DNA of 24,254 bases, taken from positions 1 to 24,254 of the forward strand of contig CAIMWN010000105.1 of the NCBI GenBank assembly GCA_903845155.1. Reading direction: 5' to 3'. This DNA comes from Oligoflexia bacterium. GTDB taxonomy: Bacteria > Bdellovibrionota > UBA1018 > CAIMNF01. The position numbers and the translations under genes are program-made. Shown piece by piece: positions 8,198 to 16,856 of this stretch (positions within the stretch are counted from its first letter, which is position 1; each line of letters starts with the position of its first letter). The notes under the pieces are model-generated. The model was not told the origin of the DNA, did no database searches, and saw only the letters and a list, made by a program, of their open reading frames with translations.

Positions 8198-9175
8198 ATG
8201 AAAGAATTTTACCGAGTTCTTGAACTGGAAGCGGCGGCGATTACCTCAAGCCTGCGTCGGTTTCAAACCGATCCCGCACTTCAGGCGAGTCTCGAATCAT
8301 CACTCAACCTGATTCACGAACGAAGCAAAAAAGGCGGAAGAGTACTGGTTCTTGGTGTAGGAAAATCAGGGAAAATTGGGTCAAAAATAGCAGCAACCCT
8401 ATCCAGCACGGGGACGCCAGCCCTTTTTGTTCACCCCACCGAAGCCCTTCATGGCGACCTGGGTGTAGTGAGTGATTCTGATGTGGCCATCGTCATTAGC
8501 TACACAGGAAATACGGAAGAACTTCTGAGCCTTGTACCTTTTTTTGAAAGACGGAATGTTCCTCTGATCGGCATTATTGGAAATTTATCCTCAAAATTAG
8601 CGCAAAAATGTACATTTTCCTTAGATGCAAGTGTGTCCGAGGAAGCGTGCTCTCATAACCTAGCACCCACCACCAGCACGACAGTAGCGCTCGCCATTGG
8701 TGACGCAATCGCCATTACACTGATGAAAAAGAAGGACTTCACTGCAGAAGACTTCGCAAAGAATCATCCCGGAGGCTCACTCGGCAAGCGCTTACAACTC
8801 TTGGTAAAAGATCTCATGCATGACCTGGAGAAATCCCCGGTCGTAGCCGAACAAACACCGATGAATGAAATTTTAAAACTTTCTACTGAACGAAAACTCG
8901 GGGCAGTGCTCGTTTGTGACGGTCCTTTACTCAAAGGCATCATTACTGACGGAGACATTCGTCGAGCGCTCGCTCACCAGGAGAAATTTTTCGGATTTAC
9001 GGCCCGCGACATTATGACTAAGTCGCCCATTACCGTAAATTTTGAGCTTCTTGCCTACAATGCGCTTCGAATCATGGAAGACCGAGAAAGTCAGATCAGC
9101 GTATTACCGGTTACTAACGATCAGGGTCATGCCTTAGGGCTCATTCGAATTCACGATCTAGTACAAACTCTTTAG
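8198..9175 (+). CDS. kdsD: Arabinose-5-phosphate isomerase, KpsF/GutQ/KdsD family (SIS domain plus tandem CBS domains)
   Basis: SIS motif VLVLGVGKSGKIGSKIAATLSSTGTPA, then HPGGSLGK, then two CBS-like repeats. I prefer the ATG at 8198, with AAGGG 7 nt upstream, over the GTG at 8177. Confidence 0.9.
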   Translation: MKEFYRVLELEAAAITSSLRRFQTDPALQASLESSLNLIHERSKKGGRVLVLGVGKSGKIGSKIAATLSSTGTPALFVHPTEALHGDLGVVSDSDVAIVISYTGNTEELLSLVPFFERRNVPLIGIIGNLSSKLAQKCTFSLDASVSEEACSHNLAPTTSTTVALAIGDAIAITLMKKKDFTAEDFAKNHPGGSLGKRLQLLVKDLMHDLEKSPVVAEQTPMNEILKLSTERKLGAVLVCDGPLLKGIITDGDIRRALAHQEKFFGFTARDIMTKSPITVNFELLAYNALRIMEDRESQISVLPVTNDQGHALGLIRIHDLVQTL

Positions 9176-9330
9176 ACGCGCCTCGGAAAAAAATTAGCGT
9201 CAACTCAGCAATAAAATCTTTTATTTCCCACTGATTTTAATACCTTAGGCATATTTTTCTCATTGCACGGCTTGGCAACCTGCCCTACGCTATTAGTACA
9301 TTGTCAATCTATGAAAGGACGAACAAAAAA

Positions 9331-10392
9331 ATGAACACTAAACGCACTTTAGGTGTAGTGGGTGCAAGCCTTCTCACTCTAGCAATCATCGTGTCTTGCA
9401 CTAGCGATAGCGCAAAAGCTAAAATTAATTTTGTATATAAAGATGCCCCAAAAGCGGGTGTTGTTGCAAAAATTAATGGAGAAGAAGTTACTGAAGATCA
9501 ACTCATCGGTGACGCTCAACTCGAGCTCATGCAACTGAAAAAACAAGAATATGATCTCAAAATGGGTCAACTCAACAAATTACTCGTTGAGCGTCTCATC
9601 GGAGCGGAAGCGAAAAAAGCCGGTTCCCCTACTACAGAAGATTTTATCAATAAGAACATTGTGAAAGGTGACATTAAAATTTCTGATGCTGAATACAAAA
9701 AATTCGTAAAAGAAAAAAACATCCCTGAGAGCAACATCAATGAGCAAGTAAAAGAACGTATCAACTCTTATATGAAAGAGCAAAAACGTGAAGAAGCGAT
9801 CCAAGCCTACGTTGCTAAACTTACTAAAAGTTCACCTGTTGAAGTTTATTTCAAAAAGCCAAAATCAAACGTGAATGTTGAAGTGGGCGATGCTCCCATT
9901 ACTGGCGGCGATAGCGCTAAAGTAACCATCGTTGAATTCTCTGACTTCCAATGTCCTTTCTGCGGTCGCGCAGCGAAGACCGTAAACGAAGTGAGAAAAA
10001 AATACGGAAACAAAATCAAACTTGCATTCAAACAATTCCCACTTCCAATGCATAAAGATGCAGGCCCAGCTGCTGAAGCGTCAATGTGTGTATTCGAACA
10101 AGGAAAAGACAAGTTTTGGAAATTCGGCGATCTTGCATTCAGTAACCAAGAAAAACTCGGTGCTGACGAACTCGTAAAATATGCAAAATCATCCGGTGCT
10201 GACGAAGCAAAATTCAAAGAATGCGTTGCCGCAAAGAAATATGCGGACTTCGTGAAAAAAGACATGGCATATGGCGAGAAACTAGGCGTTCGCTCTACCC
10301 CAACTTTTTTCATCAACGGACAACTCTTGAGTGGTGCATTGCCACTGGAAGCTTTCTCTGAAGTGATCGACGAAGAACTCAATTCTAAGTAA
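9331..10392 (+). CDS. DsbA-family thiol:disulfide oxidoreductase lipoprotein with an N-terminal SurA-N-like chaperone segment
   Basis: The ATG at 9331 gives MNTKRTLGVVGASLLTLAIIVSC (lipobox). The CPFC active site is at nt 9952..9963, in the context VEFSDFQCPFCGR. The C-terminal GVRSTPTFFING is typical of DsbA/thioredoxin folds. The N-terminal VAKINGEEVTEDQL resembles SurA_N-type domains. Confidence 0.85.
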   Translation: MNTKRTLGVVGASLLTLAIIVSCTSDSAKAKINFVYKDAPKAGVVAKINGEEVTEDQLIGDAQLELMQLKKQEYDLKMGQLNKLLVERLIGAEAKKAGSPTTEDFINKNIVKGDIKISDAEYKKFVKEKNIPESNINEQVKERINSYMKEQKREEAIQAYVAKLTKSSPVEVYFKKPKSNVNVEVGDAPITGGDSAKVTIVEFSDFQCPFCGRAAKTVNEVRKKYGNKIKLAFKQFPLPMHKDAGPAAEASMCVFEQGKDKFWKFGDLAFSNQEKLGADELVKYAKSSGADEAKFKECVAAKKYADFVKKDMAYGEKLGVRSTPTFFINGQLLSGALPLEAFSEVIDEELNSK

Positions 10393-10415
10393 TCACAGTC
10401 TAAAAAGTTAACCTT

Positions 10416-10452
10416 AAAACCCACCCCGAGTTTCTTGGGGTGGGTTTTTTAT
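10416..10452 (+). terminator. Rho-independent terminator after the dsbA-like gene
   Basis: AAAACCCACCCC (10416..10427) pairs with GGGGTGGGTTTT (10437..10448) across a 9-nt loop and is followed by a T-run. Confidence 0.75.
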
Positions 10453-10467
10453 TTTTGGGCAAAACCA

Positions 10468-10497
10468 TTGGCACGTTCAGATGAGTTAAGCTATTCT
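10468..10497 (+). promoter_or_regulatory. Candidate promoter placed so that murF mRNA would be leaderless or nearly so
   Basis: TTGGCA (10468..10473), an 18-nt spacer, then TATTCT (10492..10497). The murF ATG at 10504 lies 7 nt after the -10 hexamer, and no Shine-Dalgarno sequence is visible. Confidence 0.3.
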
Positions 10498-10503
10498 TCA
10501 TGA

Positions 10504-11913
10504 ATGCAGGCTTACTGGAATACAGAAAAAATTGCAGCAATATTGGCAACTCCACTGACGGGTCCAAAGCAAGACATCACCCACGTCACCACCGACTCGC
10601 GTGCAGTCACCCCTGGTTGCCTTTTTGTGGCGCTCAAGGGCGATACTTTCGATGGTCATAACTATATTGTGCAAGCAATAGAGAAAGGCGCAAGAGCCAT
10701 CATCTCCGAACATGCAGTGGAACTCAAACCTCATGAGCAAACTCAAATTTTTGTGGTCAGCTCTTCTATGTTAGCCATTCGCCAACTAGCGCACACTTAT
10801 AGAAAAGAATTTTCTATTCCCTTTATTGGAGTCGTGGGTAGCGTAGGAAAGACCACCACCAAAGAGCTGATCTCAAGCATCCTTCAGGGCAAATACAAAA
10901 ACGTACTCAAGACCGAAGGAAGTCAAAACGGCTTTTTAGGAATTCCACTTACCCTTCTCCGTTTACAGAAATCGGATGAAATTGCAGTCATTGAAATTGG
11001 CATCGACGATATCGACACCATGGATCAACACCTTACATTAGTAGAACCCACTCACTTGATCCTCACTGCAACAGGCCCTGAACATCTCCACCAACTGAAA
11101 ACGGTAGACATCGCCGCGAATGAAGAGCTCAAAGCATTCGATTACGCACTCAAACACGGCCTCCCATTTGCCATCAATCTTTCAGATGAATACGTATCAG
11201 GCTGGTATCAACGAAACCAACAAGCCCTTACAGCAACCCTCATTAGAACTTACTCACTTCGCCCTATCAATCCCACTTCAGTATTGGCAGATTACATTGG
11301 GAAATACGCTCCTGAGAAGGGCATCCTTCAGGTCAGTCATCAGGGCAAAGTCACTTCTTTTCACTTACCTCTTCCTGGCGAACACCACGCGCACAATCTT
11401 TTAGCGGCACTCACTCTGAGTTCATTCTTTAATCTCAGTCTCGGACAACTTCAGCAAGGGCTTGCGCAATTTAAGACTGCTTATGGGCGCACGGAAGTTT
11501 ACAAACTTAAGAATAACATCGAAGTCATCGGCGACTATTACAATTCAAACCCCACTTCAGTAAAGGCTGCACTTCAATTACTTACGGAAAAGGAATGCAA
11601 GGGACAAACTCACGCTGTGCTTGCCGACATGTTAGAACTCGGTGATGATGAAGAAACCTTTCATCGTGAACTTGCACCATTGATCATTTCTCACTCCATT
11701 TCAAAAGTTTGGTTATATGGCGAGCGTATGAAATGGCTTTTTGATGCGTTAAAAAAGTTAAACTACACCGCGATTCAACACTTCGCGAACTACGATGAGT
11801 TGATTCAGGCATTGAACCAAAATATTCACACCAATGATTTTGTTCTCGTAAAAGGTTCGCGAGGAATGAAAATGGAAATCGTACTCAAGGGCCTCCTCCA
11901 GCACTTCAGCTAA
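10504..11913 (+). CDS. murF: UDP-N-acetylmuramoyl-tripeptide--D-alanyl-D-alanine ligase
   Basis: MurF-type N-terminus (VTTDSRAVTPGCLFVALKGDTFDGHNYIVQAIEKGA), Mur ligase P-loop GVVGSVGKTTTKE, and C-terminal GDMLELG-like ADMLELGDDE. The length of 469 aa fits. Confidence 0.9.
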   Translation: MQAYWNTEKIAAILATPLTGPKQDITHVTTDSRAVTPGCLFVALKGDTFDGHNYIVQAIEKGARAIISEHAVELKPHEQTQIFVVSSSMLAIRQLAHTYRKEFSIPFIGVVGSVGKTTTKELISSILQGKYKNVLKTEGSQNGFLGIPLTLLRLQKSDEIAVIEIGIDDIDTMDQHLTLVEPTHLILTATGPEHLHQLKTVDIAANEELKAFDYALKHGLPFAINLSDEYVSGWYQRNQQALTATLIRTYSLRPINPTSVLADYIGKYAPEKGILQVSHQGKVTSFHLPLPGEHHAHNLLAALTLSSFFNLSLGQLQQGLAQFKTAYGRTEVYKLKNNIEVIGDYYNSNPTSVKAALQLLTEKECKGQTHAVLADMLELGDDEETFHRELAPLIISHSISKVWLYGERMKWLFDALKKLNYTAIQHFANYDELIQALNQNIHTNDFVLVKGSRGMKMEIVLKGLLQHFS

Positions 11914-11933
11914 ACTAAGGATAGAGACCGAAA

Positions 11934-13067
11934 ATGAATACAATTCTTCTTTCTTCCAATCCTGACCAACTTAAAAAAGCGGCTGAACTCCTGAACCAGG
12001 ATGAAGTGGTAGCCCTGCCGACTGAAACAGTTTATGGGCTTGCCGGAAATGCCTTTTCAGTAACGGCAGTAAATAAAATTTTTGCCGCAAAAGAACGCCC
12101 CACCTTTGACCCGCTGATTGTTCATGTTTCATCAGCACTCCTTCATCATTTCAAGAGTCCGGTTCATGCCCTAATAGAGCAGGAAATCCTATCGTCAGAA
12201 ATTTTAACCTGGTCCTGCTTAGAGAAAATAAATCAGGCCATGAGAAAATTTTGGCCAGGCCCCCTCACCTTCGTCCTTCCTCGCGGACCCAAAATTCCTG
12301 ACTTAGTGACGAGTTCCCAAAACACGGTAGGCGTGAGAATGCCCGCACACCTAGTTTTTCAGTCCATCCTTCATGAGACCACATTCCCCCTTGCGGCTCC
12401 GAGCGCAAATTTATTCGGCAGAATTTCGCCCACCACGGCTGCACATGTGAATGAGGAACTGAATGGTAAAATTTCTGCCATTGTAGATGGAGGTGCCTGC
12501 AGGGTAGGCGTGGAATCTACTATTATCAAAGTCACTGAGATAGAAAAAGCACCGGCCACTAAAAATGTGGGATTTCAAGTCCAACTCTTGAGGCCTGGCA
12601 AGGTCAGTAGCACAGAACTATCTTCACTCTTCGGAGTACCCGTAACCCTTCAAAAGTCACTAGGAGAGCAAAATCAGGCGCAACTTGCACCAGGGATGCT
12701 CGATCAGCATTATGCTCCTAGGAAACCCTTTCTACTGGTGCCGCATTCATTTAACGATGAAGCAGCTACGTTAGATTTTTTAAAAACCCACGCCGTTGAA
12801 TTGGGAAACGCCTCAAAGACCGCAATTATTTCGATGCGCAAGCTTCCAGCCTACCTCGGAAATCAAGCCCAACTAAAAACTTTGGTTTTGTCGCCCAATA
12901 ATCAACCTGAAGAAATGGCACAAAACCTTTTTGCCGCTCTTCGCAAATTTGATGAGGACTCGAGCGTAGAGCGGATCATCGCTGACTTGCCAGAAGAACA
13001 TTCACAAGGAATAACTGCTGCGATTGCGGATCGTTTACGACGTGCGAGCAGTAATAAACCCAGCTGA
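11934..13067 (+). CDS. tsaC: L-threonylcarbamoyladenylate synthase (YrdC domain plus Sua5 C-terminal domain)
   Basis: YrdC signatures: VVALPTETVYGLAGNA, KIFAAKERPTFDPLIVHV, SANLFGRISPTTA. A Sua5-type C-terminal extension brings the total to 377 aa. Confidence 0.9.
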   Translation: MNTILLSSNPDQLKKAAELLNQDEVVALPTETVYGLAGNAFSVTAVNKIFAAKERPTFDPLIVHVSSALLHHFKSPVHALIEQEILSSEILTWSCLEKINQAMRKFWPGPLTFVLPRGPKIPDLVTSSQNTVGVRMPAHLVFQSILHETTFPLAAPSANLFGRISPTTAAHVNEELNGKISAIVDGGACRVGVESTIIKVTEIEKAPATKNVGFQVQLLRPGKVSSTELSSLFGVPVTLQKSLGEQNQAQLAPGMLDQHYAPRKPFLLVPHSFNDEAATLDFLKTHAVELGNASKTAIISMRKLPAYLGNQAQLKTLVLSPNNQPEEMAQNLFAALRKFDEDSSVERIIADLPEEHSQGITAAIADRLRRASSNKPS

Positions 13068-13110
13068 TAAATCATCATTGGAAATCGATCGACTAGAGCC
13101 TCATCTATTT

Positions 13111-13980
13111 TCAATTCAAATTCTTAACTAAACTTAAATTTTCAACAATTAGCTCCACTTTACCGGCTTTGTCGCGTCTTAATACATCCACAAAATCATG
13201 ATTATAAAGAACCTCATCGCCAATATAGGACGACTTCGCATGCATGAGTTGCGAAAGAGTGGTATCCACTCCACTAAAACTCACGATGATTTCCGCATTC
13301 CGCGCTCGCCAAATGTCAGCAGTCAAACCGTGGAGTGGGCTTTCAATATCAATGTCATGACAAATAGACCAACTGAGCGCGAAAATGGGTGACGAATCAC
13401 GCTCGAGCTTTAGATCATAGAAATTTCTGAACTTGGTCTTTGGATCATCGATGGCAAGCGAAACTCTGACTCGTGCATCGGTAATATAGTTCTGTCTCGC
13501 ATTGGCCATCCTAAACATGAAACAAGGCACGCCGTCGTACTCCCGTACCACTGCATGATGACTGAAGAGAACTTTCGAGTGCGGTTTTGCAAATCGAGCA
13601 AACACAAGTCCGGTCAATACCGCCACTACGAACAAACTTGAATAAGATTCAAAGGTCACCACCAAGTTCGCAGCAACTCCGATCGGTGCTATTTTGCCAT
13701 ATCCAATCGTCCCGAACGTTTGAACACTAAAGAAAAAACTCTCTAAGTAATGTTGAAATCCATCTTGATACTGAAACCCTTCAAATCCATCCAAGGGGAG
13801 AAAAAAGTAAATCAGTCCAAAAAATGCGTTCGTGAGAAAAAAAACAGCAGTAAACATCGAAGCGAAACCCCACCACGACATTTTCAAAAGGTCGTGGTAG
13901 AGATCGCTAATATGAATCCCTTTTTTAAGGGTAATATTTAAATTGCCGTCTTTTCGGATCGTTCGATATTGAGTACTCAT
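13111..13980 (-). CDS. Inward-rectifier-type potassium channel (KirBac family)
   Basis: Two TM segments flank the pore helix and selectivity filter FFFSVQTFGTIGYG (TIGYG at nt 13696..13710). A Kir-type cytoplasmic beta-rich domain follows (CFMFRMANARQNYITDARVRVSL...). Confidence 0.85.
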   Translation of the reverse strand: MSTQYRTIRKDGNLNITLKKGIHISDLYHDLLKMSWWGFASMFTAVFFLTNAFFGLIYFFLPLDGFEGFQYQDGFQHYLESFFFSVQTFGTIGYGKIAPIGVAANLVVTFESYSSLFVVAVLTGLVFARFAKPHSKVLFSHHAVVREYDGVPCFMFRMANARQNYITDARVRVSLAIDDPKTKFRNFYDLKLERDSSPIFALSWSICHDIDIESPLHGLTADIWRARNAEIIVSFSGVDTTLSQLMHAKSSYIGDEVLYNHDFVDVLRRDKAGKVELIVENLSLVKNLN

Positions 13981-13996
13981 AACACAGTGCTAAACC

Positions 13997-14017
13997 AAAA
14001 GGTGGGCCCGACCTTTT
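13997..14017 (-). terminator. Hairpin abutting the hppA stop codon; a weak terminator or attenuator between hppA and the Kir gene
   Basis: On the minus strand, AAAAGGT CGGGCCC ACCTTTT (7-bp stem, 7-nt loop) followed by GGTTT. There is no strong U-tract, so read-through into the Kir gene 36 nt downstream is plausible. Confidence 0.3.
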
Positions 14018-16086
14018 TAGAGCTTCGCAATGAGTGGCGCAATCAAAAGTGATACGACGCTCATTACTTTAATGAGAATGGCAATACCAGGACCAGAAGT
14101 ATCCTTAAATGGATCTCCTACCATATCGCCCACTACCGCGTTCTTGTGAACGTCTCCGCCTTTTTTGTGGCCGGCAAGTCCGCCCTTTTCAATGAATTTC
14201 TTCGCATTATCCCAAGCTCCACCGGCATTCGCCATATAGAGAGAAAGAGTGGCACCTACTGCAAGCGCACCTGCAAGAAGTCCTGCGAGAGCGGCAGGGC
14301 CCATAGCAAAACCGACAATGACTGGAGAAAGAACTGCAATCAAGCCCGGGAGAATCATTTCTCGAAGCGCTGCTTTGGTTGCAATATCAACGATTTTCTT
14401 TGGTTCTGGATCAGCTTTCAATTCCATGAGGCCTGGAATTTCTTTAAACTGACGGCGAATCTCTTCCACAATCGCACCCGCTGCACGACCCACAGCAAGC
14501 ATAGTGGTAGAACCGACCAAGAATGGAAGGATAGAGCCTACTAAGATACCAATGAGAATATTGGGATCAGTAATAGAGAGAGCCACATTTGCAATACCCG
14601 CAGCTTCACGCACATGATTTACTTCCATGTTGAATGCAGAGAAGAGTGCGAGCACGGTAAGAATCGCTGACCCGATGGCAAAACCTTTACCAATCGCAGC
14701 CGTAGTATTACCCACTGAATCGAGTTCATCGGTAATATCGCGCACCTCTTTTCCAAGGCCCGCCATTTCTGATATTCCACCGGCGTTATCTGAAATGGGG
14801 CCGTAAGCGTCTACCGTCATCACGACTGCAGTTCCGCCTAGCATTCCAACTGCAGAAAGAGCAATCCCGTATAAACCCAAGTATTTATTTGCAAGGTAAG
14901 CAACGAGCGCAACCACAAGCATTGGAATCGCAGTTGATTCCATCCCCACAGCTAAACCTTGAATTAAGTTAGTACCCGCACCAGTAATAGACGCTTCCGC
15001 AATTCTTCTTACCGGAGATGAAGAGGTATAATAGTCAGTCACTAAACCAATGATGGCTCCACCCACAGCGCCCATTGCAATAATTGCAGTCACTGATTGA
15101 GTTATGCCAAGAACATTCATCACTACATATGAAACCACCGCGAGAACGACCGGAGGAAAAATAAGTGATCCACGAAGCACTGTCGCTGGGTTCATTTCCT
15201 TCATTGCGCGAGCGATGAAAATACAAACGATACTGACCGCCAATCCGAGGCCCGATAAAATAAGTGGAAGTCCAATGGCTACCATTTTATTGGAGTCAAC
15301 ATTTCCACCTTCGCCGAGCAATTGTGGAATTTGAGTTTGTGAAGAAGTAATCGCAATCGCCATAGCAGCAACAATAGCCGCAATCATCGATTCATAAATA
15401 TCGGCACCCATTCCGGCAACGTCACCGACATTATCGCCCACATTATCTGCAACCACACCTGGGTTCCGTGGATCGTCTTCTGGAATCCCTTGAATTACTT
15501 TTCCTGCGATATCGGATCCGACGTCAGCAGCCTTAGTATAGATACCGCCACCGATACGTGCGAACAAAGCGATCGATGAAGCACCCACTGCAAATGAGTG
15601 AATAATTGAACTGAGCTCGGCGTGATCTTTAAAGGTGATGTAAACCACTCCAAGACCTACTAAGCCTAAGCCTGCAACCGAAAGGCCCATGACTGCTCCA
15701 CCATCGAGTGCAGTAAGAAGCGCATCTGACCTTTTGCCTAAACGAGCTGATTCAGTAGTACGAACATTCGCGTAGGTTGCGGCTTTCATGCCGACAAAAC
15801 CTGCAAGTAAGCTCAAAAATGCGCCGGTAAGGAACGAAGCTGCAGGAATCCAGCCCAGCCCATAGCCAATCGCGATGAATACCACCACTGCATATACCGA
15901 CAACACTTTATATTGACGGCTCAAGAAGGCCATTGAGCCTTCACGGATGTAACCGGCAATCTTCTGCATGATTTCGTTACCAGCAGGGAGGCTTTTCACC
16001 CGAAAATAGAAAAATACTGCCAAAAATAGGCCGAAAAGACCAAAAATCACAGGTGAGTTCATCCACGAGTTCCACGAATCCAACAT
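14017..16086 (-). CDS. hppA: Membrane-integral pyrophosphate-energised cation pump (K+-dependent subfamily, Na+-type gate arrangement)
   Basis: Canonical M-PPase motifs: [56 protein letters not shown], and [10 protein letters not shown] (nt 14683..14712). AAGGAGA precedes the ATG at 16086. Confidence 0.95.
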   Translation of the reverse strand: MLDSWNSWMNSPVIFGLFGLFLAVFFYFRVKSLPAGNEIMQKIAGYIREGSMAFLSRQYKVLSVYAVVVFIAIGYGLGWIPAASFLTGAFLSLLAGFVGMKAATYANVRTTESARLGKRSDALLTALDGGAVMGLSVAGLGLVGLGVVYITFKDHAELSSIIHSFAVGASSIALFARIGGGIYTKAADVGSDIAGKVIQGIPEDDPRNPGVVADNVGDNVGDVAGMGADIYESMIAAIVAAMAIAITSSQTQIPQLLGEGGNVDSNKMVAIGLPLILSGLGLAVSIVCIFIARAMKEMNPATVLRGSLIFPPVVLAVVSYVVMNVLGITQSVTAIIAMGAVGGAIIGLVTDYYTSSSPVRRIAEASITGAGTNLIQGLAVGMESTAIPMLVVALVAYLANKYLGLYGIALSAVGMLGGTAVVMTVDAYGPISDNAGGISEMAGLGKEVRDITDELDSVGNTTAAIGKGFAIGSAILTVLALFSAFNMEVNHVREAAGIANVALSITDPNILIGILVGSILPFLVGSTTMLAVGRAAGAIVEEIRRQFKEIPGLMELKADPEPKKIVDIATKAALREMILPGLIAVLSPVIVGFAMGPAALAGLLAGALAVGATLSLYMANAGGAWDNAKKFIEKGGLAGHKKGGDVHKNAVVGDMVGDPFKDTSGPGIAILIKVMSVVSLLIAPLIAKL

Positions 16087-16178
16087 TGTTGTTTCTCCTT
16101 AATATCAATCGCTTAAATAGTTGTAGTTTCGCCACTATTCCCCAAAACTAGCCCCCTGTAAATAGATGAGTCATTTTG

Positions 16179-16222
16179 GAGGTTGTTTTATACGCCGCAC
16201 CATGCCGGCTAGCTAAGCAAAT
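16179..16222 (+). repeat. Possible third, diverged copy of the intergenic element (blocks collinear with copies A and B)
   Basis: The ordered blocks GAGGTTG (16180..16186), ACGC, ATGCCGG (16202..16208) and TAGCTAAGCAAAT (16210..16222) parallel copy A: GAGGTTG..ACGC.AATGCCGG..TGCGTAGGCAAAC. There is an 8-nt insertion and a 6-nt deletion relative to copy A. Confidence 0.3.
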
Positions 16223-16304
16223 TCGCTATCCACTGAAAAAGTAGGTGATTTTTGCAACTTAGATGCTTGACTTTAAAGCTACCTTAAGGCAATTTTACAA
16301 ACCT

Positions 16305-16856
16305 ATGTACGCAGTCATTGAAACAGGTGGAAAACAGGTAAGAGTTCAAACAGGCGATATCATTCAAGTTGAAAAACTTACGGGTGATGTCGGTGCTAAA
16401 ATCGTGTTTGATAAGGTGTTATTTTTAAGCAACCCTTCTGAATCTAGTTCAGAAGTAGTGCTTGGACAACCTTATATCAGTGACGCGAAAGTTGAAGCAG
16501 AGATTGTTGCTCAAGGTCGCGATAAAAAAATTACGATTATCAAAATGAAACGTCGTAAACAGTACCGTCGTACTCAAGGCCATCGCCAAGAGCAAACGCA
16601 ACTTATTATTTTAGGTTTGACGGCTGCTGGCAAGAATGCAGAACTTTCGGCTACTGAGAAAAAACTCAAAGTCGCTAAATTCTTCAGTCTATTAAAAGTT
16701 AAAGGCCCTGCAAGTACTACTAAAACTTTAGGCTCTACGAAGAAACGTACACTTGCGAAAAAAGCAGCTTCAATTAGTGCAAAAGCTAGCGGAACAAAAG
16801 CTCCTGCGAAAGCAGCTGCAAAAACTGCCGCTAAAACTACAACTAAAAAAGCTTAA
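16305..16856 (+). CDS. rplU: 50S ribosomal protein L21 with a C-terminal Lys/Ala-rich extension of about 78 aa
   Basis: MYAVIETGGKQVRVQ... is the universal L21 N-terminus, and KRRKQYRRTQGHRQ is the conserved core end. The track ORF starts at 16263, but 16305 matches the family. No clear SD precedes either start, so the start is somewhat uncertain. Confidence 0.9.
   Translation: MYAVIETGGKQVRVQTGDIIQVEKLTGDVGAKIVFDKVLFLSNPSESSSEVVLGQPYISDAKVEAEIVAQGRDKKITIIKMKRRKQYRRTQGHRQEQTQLIILGLTAAGKNAELSATEKKLKVAKFFSLLKVKGPASTTKTLGSTKKRTLAKKAASISAKASGTKAPAKAAAKTAAKTTTKKA

Noticed and set aside
1794-8958. Other short ORFs nested in or antisense to called genes: 1794..1976, 3304..3633, 6139..6324, 7029..7298, 7512..7703, 8764..8958. 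Further along: 10498..10746, 11120..11404, 11758..11943, 12371..12559, 12902..13114, 13198..13941, 16951..17259, 17444..17917, 18426..18632, 19176..19659, 19691..19927, 20894..21724, 22029..22747, 23944..24129.
   Set aside because: Each overlaps a longer ORF with clear family signatures. None shows a recognisable motif, signal peptide or SD-supported start.
9273-9284. TGGCA-containing sites that look like sigma-54 promoters: TTGGCAACCTGCC at 9272 and TTGGCACGTTCAG at 10468.
   Set aside because: The sigma-54 consensus needs GG-N10-GC, with TTGC at -12. In both cases the bases 10 nt after the GG are not GC (TA and TG respectively).
9379-10424. Minus-strand ORFs opposite the dsbA-like gene, including a 192-aa ORF at 9846..10424.
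   Set aside because: The + strand product has a lipobox, a CPFC active site and DsbA C-terminal motifs. The antisense translations are Ser/Phe-rich low-complexity, and the longest one runs into the + strand terminator.
14146-15334. Antisense ORFs inside hppA: 14146..14544, 14249..14452, 15104..15334, and the same-strand out-of-frame ORF 15035..15226.
   Set aside because: These are shadow ORFs opposite or overlapping a very confidently identified 689-aa pyrophosphatase gene. The translated sequences are low-complexity (Arg/Ser/Thr-rich) with no motifs.
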